Below, piece by piece: positions 29,061 to 36,085 of a DNA stretch of 56,645 nucleotides. Origin of the DNA: Parcubacteria group bacterium GW2011_GWA2_40_143 (lineage in GTDB: Bacteria > Patescibacteriota > Minisyncoccia > UBA9983); NCBI GenBank assembly GCA_000996035.1, contig LBYH01000003.1:1-56645 (forward strand). Direction: 5' to 3'. The position numbers were made by a program, and so were the translations under genes. The stretch's first letter is position 1, and each line of letters begins with the position of its first letter. Under the pieces are notes generated by a model. It made no database searches. It was not told the DNA's origin and saw only the letters and a program-made list of their open reading frames with translations.

Positions 29061-29823
29061 GTTTATATAAACTTACATCCTCTCCATACATTTTTCTCAA
29101 GCTTTCCGAACCGACAATATCATTCGGCGTTCCGTAGCAAATCAATTTTTTATTCAAACACAACACGTTGTCGGCAAATTTGTACACCACGCTAAGATCG
29201 TGAGTTACCAATATGATGGAAAGTTTTTTCTCTTTATCTATATTGGCGATAAGATTATATATAGTTTCTTCTCCTCCCACGTCTATGCCGGCGGTAGGCT
29301 CATCCATAAGTATCACGTCCGGCTTGCCGGCCAAGCTCCATGCCACAAGCAACCTTTGGAATTGACCTGATGATATTTTGCTTATCTGTTTTTTGATAAA
29401 TCTTTCGTCTTTTATGCCTACCATATTTAAAAGGTTTATCGCCTCTTCTTTTTTAATTTTCTTTATCTTAAAAAATTCTTCCACGCTTAGGGGGAAATTT
29501 TTTTCCGGAGAAATTTTCTGCGGCACATAGCCTATCTTTACATCATCTTTCCATTTTATATAGCCGCTTGTCGCCACATCGCCGCCGCCAAAAGAAAGCA
29601 CTCCCAGTAAAGCTTTAAGCAACATTGATTTTCCGGCGCCATTCGGCCCCAAGATCACAAGATTGTCCGCGCCTTCAAGAGAGAAACTAATGTTATCTAA
29701 AATTTTTTCACCGCCGCAGGAAATACTCAAATTTCTGACTTCCAAAATTTTAGAATCAACGCGCGCCGGCTCAAGAAGTTTCTGACTCTCCAGCAAATTA
29801 TTTTCTAAAATTTCCATATTCAA
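29050..29823 (-). CDS. metal ABC transporter ATP-binding protein
   Basis: Walker A GPNGAGKS, signature SSGQFQRL, and Walker B ILMDEP. Confidence 0.8.
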   Translation of the reverse strand: MNMEILENNLLESQKLLEPARVDSKILEVRNLSISCGGEKILDNISFSLEGADNLVILGPNGAGKSMLLKALLGVLSFGGGDVATSGYIKWKDDVKIGYVPQKISPEKNFPLSVEEFFKIKKIKKEEAINLLNMVGIKDERFIKKQISKISSGQFQRLLVAWSLAGKPDVILMDEPTAGIDVGGEETIYNLIANIDKEKKLSIILVTHDLSVVYKFADNVLCLNKKLICYGTPNDIVGSESLRKMYGEDVSLYKHEH

Positions 29824-30039
29824 ATAATAATATTAAATTTTCCATTAAGCAAATAAAAAAGTTATCCACAGTTTTTTTATTTTCATTAAAAAAATGATGA
29901 CAATGATTTTTTATTTTGTTAAAATTTTAGTAGTAAGAAGTTTTTTTAAAAAATATTTTTTTGAAAAAACTTTTGCGACTTATCAATTGGGTCGAATTGA
30001 TTTTAGTTTTTAATAATTTTAAAAAATATTTTTAAAAAC

Positions 30040-30174
30040 ATGGCAACCAAAAAAAGAAAGGTAGCTAAGAAGGCAGTGAAAAAAACTGTGAAGAAAGCTG
30101 TGAAGAAAGTGGCCGCTAAGAAGACTACTAAAAAGAAAACCACTAAGAAAAAGGCTGTGAAGAAAAGAAAGTAA
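30040..30174 (+). CDS. 44-aa lysine-rich histone H1-like / nucleoid-associated microprotein
   Basis: Not in the ORF track. MATKKRKVAKKAVKKTVKKAVKKVAAKKTTKKKTTKKKAVKKRK*, followed by a clean intrinsic terminator. The listed antisense ORF 30003-30311 is an artefact. Confidence 0.6.
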   Translation: MATKKRKVAKKAVKKTVKKAVKKVAAKKTTKKKTTKKKAVKKRK

Positions 30175-30186
30175 TTCTCAGCTTTA

Positions 30187-30228
30187 GAAAATCCCGTCCT
30201 GCTCTTAAGCAAGCGGGATTTTCTTTTT
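30187..30228 (+). terminator. intrinsic terminator
   Basis: AAAATCCCG...CGGGATTTT stem followed by CTTTTT. Confidence 0.75.
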
Positions 30229-30255
30229 GCCGTAAATATGCAAGAATAGTGTAGC

Positions 30256-30326
30256 CGGGCTGTAGTATACCGGTAGTACGCGCCCATGGGGTGGGTGTAG
30301 ACCGGGTTCAATTCCCGGCAGCCCGA
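30256..30326 (+). tRNA. tRNA-Pro (GGG)
   Basis: A manual cloverleaf folds: acceptor CGGGCTG/CAGCCCG, D arm GTAT-ACCGGTA-GTAC, anticodon arm CGCCC-ATGGGGT-GGGTG, T arm CCGGG-TTCAATT-CCCGG. C1-G72 and A73 are typical of bacterial tRNA-Pro. No encoded CCA. Confidence 0.85.
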
Positions 30327-30328
30327 AC

Positions 30329-30357
30329 TTGACTTTTTTATATTTAAGAGGTATAAT
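30329..30357 (+). promoter_or_regulatory. sigma70-type promoter (TTGACT, 17 nt spacer, TATAAT)
   Basis: Near-consensus hexamers with 17-nt spacing, about 50 nt upstream of the lipoprotein gene, which has a strong AGGAGG RBS. Confidence 0.7.
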
Positions 30358-30406
30358 CAAATAAATTTACATTAAAAATTTTATATTTTTTTAGGAGGGT
30401 TAAAAA

Positions 30407-30868
30407 ATGAAGAAATTGGTTTTGGTTTTTTCGTTAGTTGTTTTTTTCACCGGCTGTGCTTCCTCGCAGGCGCGCCAGCAACAAACTTATGTTGCTCCGC
30501 CTTTAGTTGTCCAGTGCAGTCAATGCTGGACGAGGTTCACACCGCCGACCGATAACACTGGCACCCCTTGGACGCAATGTCCAAAATGTGGCGCTAATGT
30601 TTTAGTGCCGGCAGAAAATATGAGAAATTCCTCATCCTCGCAAAGTTACAAAAGCGGTGGAGAGGAAGAGGTTCCCTTCCCACACCATTTGTTCAACCGC
30701 CCACGCGGTTACAGTGAGACTGAGTCCACCCGCGTGCGGCGTGGATATACAAATGAAAGTTGGGGGAAAAATTGGTATTCCTCCAACTACGGTTGGGTGA
30801 ATTACAGTCAAAGGAAAACTTACCGCGTGCGAACATACAACACGCGGAAACATTATCATTGGCCTTAA
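30407..30868 (+). CDS. lipoprotein with zinc-ribbon-like CxxC...CxxC motif
   Basis: Lipobox FFTGC. CSQCWTRF...CPKCGANV. The tail is rich in W, Y, R and N. Confidence 0.6.
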   Translation: MKKLVLVFSLVVFFTGCASSQARQQQTYVAPPLVVQCSQCWTRFTPPTDNTGTPWTQCPKCGANVLVPAENMRNSSSSQSYKSGGEEEVPFPHHLFNRPRGYSETESTRVRRGYTNESWGKNWYSSNYGWVNYSQRKTYRVRTYNTRKHYHWP

Positions 30869-30896
30869 CAATAAGGCCAATGCCCCTAAAAAACAA

Positions 30897-30930
30897 AGCG
30901 TCGGTTTTTCTTAAAACCGACGCTTCTTTA
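30897..30930 (+). terminator. intrinsic terminator after the lipoprotein gene
   Basis: AGCGTCGGTTTT / AAAACCGACGCT stem followed by TCTTTATTT. Confidence 0.65.
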
Positions 30931-30959
30931 TTTGCACCAAGGTTAAACCTTGGTGCAAA
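30931..30959. repeat. orphan palindrome TTTGCACCAAGGTTaaACCTTGGTGCAAA
   Basis: 13-bp perfect arms. It shares the CAAGGTTnAACCTTG core architecture with the palindrome family at 38958, 39661 and 41411. Confidence 0.8.
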
Positions 30960-31894
30960 CTCCTTTCTCTCGCCCGTCTGTGCGCCGAACGAGCGAAGCG
31001 GTGCGCTTCGTCTCGCGTTCTGAGTAAAATATTTTTTGAAGCTTGCGCCAGCCTCTTTAATTTTAAATAATCTATATTCTTTTTTATTTTCCTCGCCATT
31101 CTCAAACACCACCATGGAGCCGTAAGTTTCTCTGCCGGCAAAGTGGGAAATGTCATATCCCTCTATTCTGGAAGAATCGCCAAGAGGAATTTCTTCTTCT
31201 CTGATGATAAGAGCCGCGTCTTTTAAATATCTTAGAGCCTTGGCTTTCTTCGGACTCTCTTTGGCAAGTTTATTCAAAAGACGTTTCTTTTTTCCACTCA
31301 AAAAAAGAACAAGATTGCTCACTATTTTTTTATAATCCTTTTTGGAAATCTCTCCGGAGCAGACTCCCGGACAAAGACCGATTTGGCGATGAAAGCACGG
31401 TTTCAAATTCGGCTTAGGTCCTCCGTCCAAACTGTAAGGAAAAATTTTTCTTATAATTCCAAAACATCGCCGGCAATTTTTGAGCTACCATACGGCCCGA
31501 AAATTTTAAAACCGGATGACGGAAATTTTTTCAGCTCTCTCGCGCGCGCCACTATAGGCGCCGGATAATCGCCTTTGTCTAAAACTATATAAGAAAAGGA
31601 GCGATTGTCTTTATCTTTTACATTATATTTCGGCCAATGCTTTTTAATTAAATTCGCCTCAAGCACCACCGAGTCTATTACCGTTTCCGTTTCAATATGT
31701 TTTAAACGAGAAGCTTGATTTATCATCTCTCGCTTGCTCTCCGAAGTATCGGCTCTGAAGTAACTCGCCACTCTGCTTCTTAAAGACGTGGCTCTGCCCA
31801 CGTATAAAATCACTCCTTTCTTATCAAGGAACATATAAACGCCCGACGCGTTAGGAAGTTTTTTAATAATAACCTGATTTAATATTATTGACAT
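30960..31894 (-). pseudogene. uvrC: excinuclease UvrC remnant (frameshifted, internally deleted, 3'-truncated)
   Basis: GIY-YIG domain in ORF 31451-31894 (GVYMFLDKKGVILYVGRA). A Cys-rich segment and the RIEGYDISHFAGRETYGSMVVF...YRLFKIK segment follow in another frame (to about 31040). RDEAHRFA..HRRAR appears in a third frame (ORF 30911-31156). The (HhH)2 end is absent. Confidence 0.8.
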
Positions 31895-31907
31895 TCGATG
31901 TCGATAG
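31888..31907 (+). repeat. hairpin family A copy (TTGACATTCGATGTCGATAG)
   Basis: GACAT-tcg-ATGTC stem-loop, 10 nt downstream of the RAYT-1 stop. Confidence 0.8.
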
Positions 31908-31916
31908 ATAAGGAAA

Positions 31917-32600
31917 CTATTCCAAAACTATTTTTCCCATATCATTTATATCCATATCTTTAACCCATTGTTTTATACTGTTCATATATTCCTTTTCCCC
32001 TCCAAAAAAGTCTAACAAAAAATTTCTTTGAGTTACTGATGGAAAATTATTTTTGCCGATATAATCAAGATGACTGCTCCAGCGATAAGAATTTATGAAA
32101 TCAACAACTTTTTTAAAATCTTTTATCTTTCTTTCTCGCCACTCCGGAGCGACAAAATCCAAAGGATTAAGGTGGATATAATAAGGCAAGTGTATAAAAT
32201 GCGCTTCGTCTTTAATAAGAATTTTTTTATGGCGACCTTCAAACAAAGCGCCGGACCGGTCATATTTTATGTTGAAATATTTTGAATAACCCATATTTAT
32301 TTTCTTCATAAATTTTGGAATACCACCATTAACTTTGGAGCTAACTAAAAGATGATAGTGATTGTCCATTAAACAAAAAGCATGTATGACAACGAGCAAT
32401 TTCCTCTTTTTTTTCTTATATTGACGTCGAACGTCGATAGTATTTGGTTTTTCAAAGAAATAAACATTATTAACAACATTGTCTTGATCATTGAATTCAA
32501 ACAAATTATGGACAAAACGAAATCTGTCCTTGTCATTAGTAAAAATTTTTCTTTTATCAACACCTCGATTTACTATATGATAAATCTCCATGCTTACCAT
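31917..32600 (-). CDS. HUH-Y1 transposase-like protein (RAYT / IS200-like, COG1943-type), copy 1
   Basis: YHIVNRGVDKRKIF N-terminus, HUH motif MDNHYHLLV, and Tyr motif YYIHLNPLDF. Confidence 0.75.
   Translation of the reverse strand: MVSMEIYHIVNRGVDKRKIFTNDKDRFRFVHNLFEFNDQDNVVNNVYFFEKPNTIDVRRQYKKKKRKLLVVIHAFCLMDNHYHLLVSSKVNGGIPKFMKKINMGYSKYFNIKYDRSGALFEGRHKKILIKDEAHFIHLPYYIHLNPLDFVAPEWRERKIKDFKKVVDFINSYRWSSHLDYIGKNNFPSVTQRNFLLDFFGGEKEYMNSIKQWVKDMDINDMGKIVLE
32421..32440 (+). repeat. hairpin family A copy inside the RAYT-1 coding sequence (TTGACGTCGAACGTCGATAG)
   Basis: GACGT-cga-ACGTC stem-loop, translated in frame as NTIDVRRQY. Confidence 0.7.
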
Positions 32601-32610
32601 TCTACATCTA

Positions 32611-32654
32611 TTGACGTTCGATGTCGATAGGATTACCGATGTCGATAGGATTAC
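32611..32654 (+). repeat. hairpin family A copy plus an exact 18-bp tandem duplication
   Basis: TTGACGTTCGATGTCGATAG is followed by a perfect tandem CGATGTCGATAGGATTAC x2 (32619-32636 and 32637-32654), 11 nt upstream of the RAYT-1 start. Confidence 0.85.
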
Positions 32655-34381
32655 AAATATTTTTTCAAATATTTGCCTGTCGGGGATTTTGGATTCTTGG
32701 CCACGTCTTCCGGCGCGCCTACCGCCACCACTCTGCCGCCACCCTCGCCCCCTTCCGGACCGAGATCTATTATATAGTCGGCGCTTTTTATAACATGCAT
32801 GTTGTGCTCTATAAGTAAAACGGAATTGCCTTTTTCCACAAGTTTATTAAGGACTTTAAGCAAAAGCTCAATATCATAATAGTGCAAACCGACGGTAGGT
32901 TCATCCATAATATACAAAGTTTTTTTGCCGAGCGGGCATGTAAGTTCTCTGGCCAGCTTTATTCTCTGAGCTTCGCCGCCGGAGAGGGTGGTGGCGCTCT
33001 GACCTATCTCCAGATAACCAAGACCGACTTCTTCCAAAACTTTCAACCTGTCGGTAATAAGATACAAGCCGTCAAAAAATTTTCCAGCTTCGCTTATTTC
33101 CATCTTGAGCACGTCGCTTATGTTCTTGCCTTTATGTTTTACATCAAGAGTTTCTTATTAAATCTTTTGCCACGGCATACCTCGCATTCCACCGTTACTG
33201 GCGCGAGAAAATGCATTTCTATGAGATTAAAGCCGGCGCCCTCGCAAGCCTCGCATCTGCCGCCTCCACGATTGGAAGGCACGTTAAAAGAGAATCTGGA
33301 AGCGCTATATCCCCTTTCTCTGGCATCAGGCAAAGACGCGTAGAAGTCTCTTATATAATTGAAGTGCCGGTATAAGTAGCCGGATTGGATCGCGGACTTC
33401 TGCCTATGGGAGACTGATCCACCATTACAAGCTTGTCTATGTACTCATTGCCGAAGAGTTTGCTGAGATGTTCAAGAGGAGCGTTTATGCGCGACTTTAT
33501 ACGCTGAAGATTCTTGTATAACACATCATGCAAAAGCGTTGACTTGCCACTGCCGGACACGCCGGAAATGCAAACAAGCTTTCTTAAAGGTATTTCCACA
33601 TCCACGTTTTTAAGATTGTTCGCTCGCGCGCCGATAAGTTTTATCTTTTCGGTCGTCTTCGTTCTCCTGCTTGGCACCTCTATTTTTCTCTTGCCTTTAA
33701 GATAATCCAAAGTAAGAGAAGTGATTCGGCCGCTTGGATTTACCAACTTGTTCGTTTCGCCAGTGGCCACCACTTCGCCGCCGTTTTTGCCGGCAAACGG
33801 TCCGAGATCTACCAAAAAGTCTGAAGCAAAAATAGTTTCTTCATCATGCTCAACCACTATCACCGTATTGCTCTGGTCGCGCAAAGATTTTAGCGTGCCA
33901 ATGAGCCGCTCGGTATCCCGTTCATGCAAGCCGATTGTGGGTTCATCAAGCACATAGAGCGTGCCGGAAAGTTTGGTGCCTATTTGCGAAGCCAAACGTA
34001 TCCTCTGAGCCTCGCCGCCGGAAAGAGTTTCCGCTTCTCTTTCCATCGTCAGATAATCAAGTCCGAAACTTCTTGAATGCTTTTCCCGTTAATTTTTACG
34101 GACAGACCTTCCGGCTTGAGTCTTTTGCCATCGCAATCAGGACATACTTCGTTTAAAAACAAATCAGTTTTACCTAAGCCTTTACAAGTGGGGCGAGCGT
34201 ACGGCGAAAGCGACTCTATGTATCTGCGTTGCCCCTCAGCGAAGATGGTATCAAAAGCCAACGATGATTTGCCCGATCCGGATACTCCGGTAAAAACCAC
34301 CAATTTGTTTTTGGGAATTTCCAGACTTATATTTTTGAGATTATGCACTCTCGCGCCTTTTATAATAATTTTATCCAACAC
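32651..34381 (-). pseudogene. uvrA: excinuclease UvrA remnant (at least 3 frame breaks plus a large internal deletion)
   Basis: Four consecutive ORF fragments. 34049-34381 has the first Walker A ([15 protein letters not shown]), then jumps to CPDCDGKRL. 33351-34046 has LSGGEAQRIRLA and the second Walker A. 33139-33333 has the zinc finger [20 protein letters not shown]. 32651-33112 has LSGGEAQRIKLA...GPEGGEGGG. Together they total about 560 aa, against about 940 aa for an intact UvrA. Confidence 0.85.
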
Positions 34382-34449
34382 ACGCCAATCTTATACCTGT
34401 TTTTGTCCCACATCAACCCCTTGTACAGTTAACCATATTGGCAAGCATA

Positions 34450-35466
34450 TTAAGTCAATTGCTCTTTAGATAAAATTTTATTATAAGCCAAACCGGCAAG
34501 GGCGGAAGCGAGCACGATGACGGCATATATTCCTTGAAACAAAAGATTGTTCACGTTCCAGAAACTTTCTTTAAAAACCTCAATAATCAAAATAAAAATC
34601 CATGAACTCATCAGGGCGGCACCGATCGCGAAAGAAATTTTCCCATAGAAACCGTAACCGACTTTTACCTTTACTCCGGCTGTCTCTCCTTCAAGAGACT
34701 TACTCACCATTTTCGGGGAGATTATCAGATTTAAAATCGCGCCAGCTATGATAATGAATAATACCGCCGCAAACTTTGCGAGAAACACTGGCGAGCTACT
34801 TATATCCCCCGCTTCCGGCGCGTACGCGCCGATACCGCTCAAAATAATCACGGCCAAAGCAAACCACATTATTTGCGACAGAGTCTTCATTACATCCGCC
34901 TCAAACTTTGAGATTTGGCAATCTTTGAGAAATTTTAAGAATAAAATATTGGCTATGGCGGCTCCGCCTATACCAAGCGACAAGCCTAAGAAATGAAAGC
35001 TTACAAAAGCTTCGTAATTTTCTTCCATAAGAGAAAGGAAGCCCGCATCTGAGGAAAAGAGGGACAGAAAAAATATAAAGAAACTTATAGTAGCCGAGCC
35101 GAGGCACCAAGTGCACCATTGTTTCAAGCTGAAAGCTTGGATAAATGTAAGATACGCCGAGAATAAAAGCGCGGCAGCCCCTATCGCGACCAACGCGAAC
35201 ATCAGAGAGAGATGAGCTAGCTCCGGCAACAACAGAAATGAGGTGTACGCGACAACAACCAAGCTGTAATAAAAAAGGCCGATAATCTCCAAGGGGATAC
35301 CAAAGAACTTTGAAAAGTCGCTATGCACCACAGAATCGCAATCAGCTCCAATTGGACATGCTAAAACTTTTTTGGCTCTTTTTTTCTTAAAGATATAAGA
35401 AGAGATGCCAAGGCCGCCGAGACCCAAGACTATCAATATTATTTTTAACATAACGATAATTTCCAT
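34450..35466 (-). CDS. VKOR-family (vitamin K epoxide reductase-like) membrane protein with extra C-terminal TM domain
   Basis: Loop cysteines [16 protein letters not shown], and active-site CTWC in a TM helix. The start is placed at MEIIVML because the longer ORF would overlap tRNA-Thr. The start could also be MLKII at 35451. Confidence 0.65.
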   Translation of the reverse strand: MEIIVMLKIILIVLGLGGLGISSYIFKKKRAKKVLACPIGADCDSVVHSDFSKFFGIPLEIIGLFYYSLVVVAYTSFLLLPELAHLSLMFALVAIGAAALLFSAYLTFIQAFSLKQWCTWCLGSATISFFIFFLSLFSSDAGFLSLMEENYEAFVSFHFLGLSLGIGGAAIANILFLKFLKDCQISKFEADVMKTLSQIMWFALAVIILSGIGAYAPEAGDISSSPVFLAKFAAVLFIIIAGAILNLIISPKMVSKSLEGETAGVKVKVGYGFYGKISFAIGAALMSSWIFILIIEVFKESFWNVNNLLFQGIYAVIVLASALAGLAYNKILSKEQLT

Positions 35467-35540
35467 GGAGCCAGCGGTGAGATTTGAACTCACGACCTAT
35501 GGTTTACGATACCATTGCTCTACCACTGAGCTACGCTGGC
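35466..35540 (-). tRNA. tRNA-Thr (CGU), CCA encoded
   Basis: The reverse complement folds as GCCAGCG-TA-GCTC-AGTGGTA-GAGC-A-ATGGT-ATCGTAA-ACCAT-AGGTC-GTGAG-TTCAAAT-CTCAC-CGCTGGC-T-CCA. Confidence 0.9.
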
Positions 35541-35548
35541 TTATATTA

Positions 35549-35620
35549 AGCCGATGGTGAGAATTGAACTCACGACCTACTCCTTACCATGGAGTTGCTC
35601 TACCCCTGAGCTACATCGGC
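35549..35620 (-). tRNA. tRNA-Thr (GGU)
   Basis: The reverse complement folds as GCCGATG-TA-GCTC-AGGGGTA-GAGC-A-ACTCC-ATGGTAA-GGAGT-AGGTC-GTGAG-TTCAATT-CTCAC-CATCGGC-T. Confidence 0.9.
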
Positions 35621-35660
35621 GCTAATCACAAAAATGGTTACTTCTATAATCTTATAGAAT

Positions 35661-35689
35661 TTGCTTTATTTTGCAATATTTACTAATAT
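35661..35689 (+). promoter_or_regulatory. candidate promoter of the plus-strand tRNA cluster (TTGCTT, 17 nt spacer, TAATAT)
   Basis: The hexamers have 17-nt spacing, about 38 nt upstream of the tRNA-fMet 5' end. Confidence 0.4.
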
Positions 35690-35726
35690 AGAGATTGTTG
35701 GTTTCATTAGGAACTTAACATTATAT

Positions 35727-35797
35727 CGCGGGGTGGAGAAGCAGTATCTCGAGAGGCTCATAACCTCTAGACCCGGGTGCGATTCCCGGCCCCGCAA
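35727..35797 (+). tRNA. initiator-type tRNA-fMet (CAU) with atypical T-loop
   Basis: CGCGGGG...CCCCGCA-A gives the C1xA72 mismatch typical of bacterial initiators. The anticodon loop is CTCATAA. The T arm is CCGGG-TGCGATT-CCCGG, with G where the near-invariant U55 is expected. Confidence 0.8.
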
Positions 35798-35813
35798 CAA
35801 GCAAACTGCTTTG

Positions 35814-35885
35814 TTTATTGCCTGATTCTGCGAAGCAGAAATCGCCGATGTTGAGCGAAGCGAAATATCGGCAATAGGCAATAAA
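35814..35885 (+). other. structured tRNA-operon spacer (three-way junction with two GCGAAGC mini-hairpins)
   Basis: The outer stem pairs TTTATTGCC with GGCAATAAA. Hairpin 1 is GATTCTGC-GAA-GCAGAAATC. Hairpin 2 pairs GCCGAT with ATCGGC and encloses GAGCGAAGCGA. Confidence 0.4.
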
Positions 35886-35893
35886 GCAAAAAT

Positions 35894-35967
35894 GCCGGCG
35901 TAGCTCAGTTGGTTAGAGCGTGGGACTCATAAGCCCAAGGTCGGAGGTTCAATTCCTCCCGCCGGCA
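35894..35967 (+). tRNA. tRNA with CAU anticodon (elongator Met or lysidine-type Ile2, unresolved)
   Basis: GCCGGCG-TA-GCTC-AGTTGGTTA-GAGC-G-TGGGA-CTCATAA-GCCCA-AGGTC-GGAGG-TTCAATT-CCTCC-CGCCGGC-A. Confidence 0.85.
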
Positions 35968-35998
35968 TTGGATGTTAAAATAGAGGTTAAAACAAAAT

Positions 35999-36072
35999 GC
36001 GATCGTAGCTCAATTGGTTAGAGCACCCGCCTGTCACGCGGGAGGTTGCCGGTTCAAGTCCGGTCGGTCGCG
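35999..36072 (+). tRNA. tRNA-Asp (GUC)
   Basis: GCGATCG-TA-GCTC-AATTGGTTA-GAGC-A-CCCGC-CTGTCAC-GCGGG-AGGTT-GCCGG-TTCAAGT-CCGGT-CGGTCGC-G. Confidence 0.9.
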
Positions 36073-36085
36073 CAGAAGATAGACA

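Noticed and set aside
30003-30311. 102-aa minus-strand ORF from the track (FFLVVFFLVVFLAATFF...)
   Set aside because: It is the low-complexity antisense translation of the lysine-rich plus-strand gene. It also runs through the terminator and overlaps tRNA-Pro, so it is not a real gene.
30693-31040. Lower part of the 245-aa ORF 30693-31430, read as a continuous UvrC-like protein
   Set aside because: UvrC similarity stops around YRLFKIKEAG. The rest is read-through across palindromes, a terminator and the opposite-strand lipoprotein gene. Only the upper part was kept, as part of the uvrC pseudogene.
32619-32654. CRISPR-like repeats (also the clustered family C repeats at 44828-44920)
   Set aside because: There are only two directly abutting 18-bp units with no spacers. 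The family C copies are irregularly spaced, and no cas genes are present. They are better explained as hairpin (REP-like) elements.
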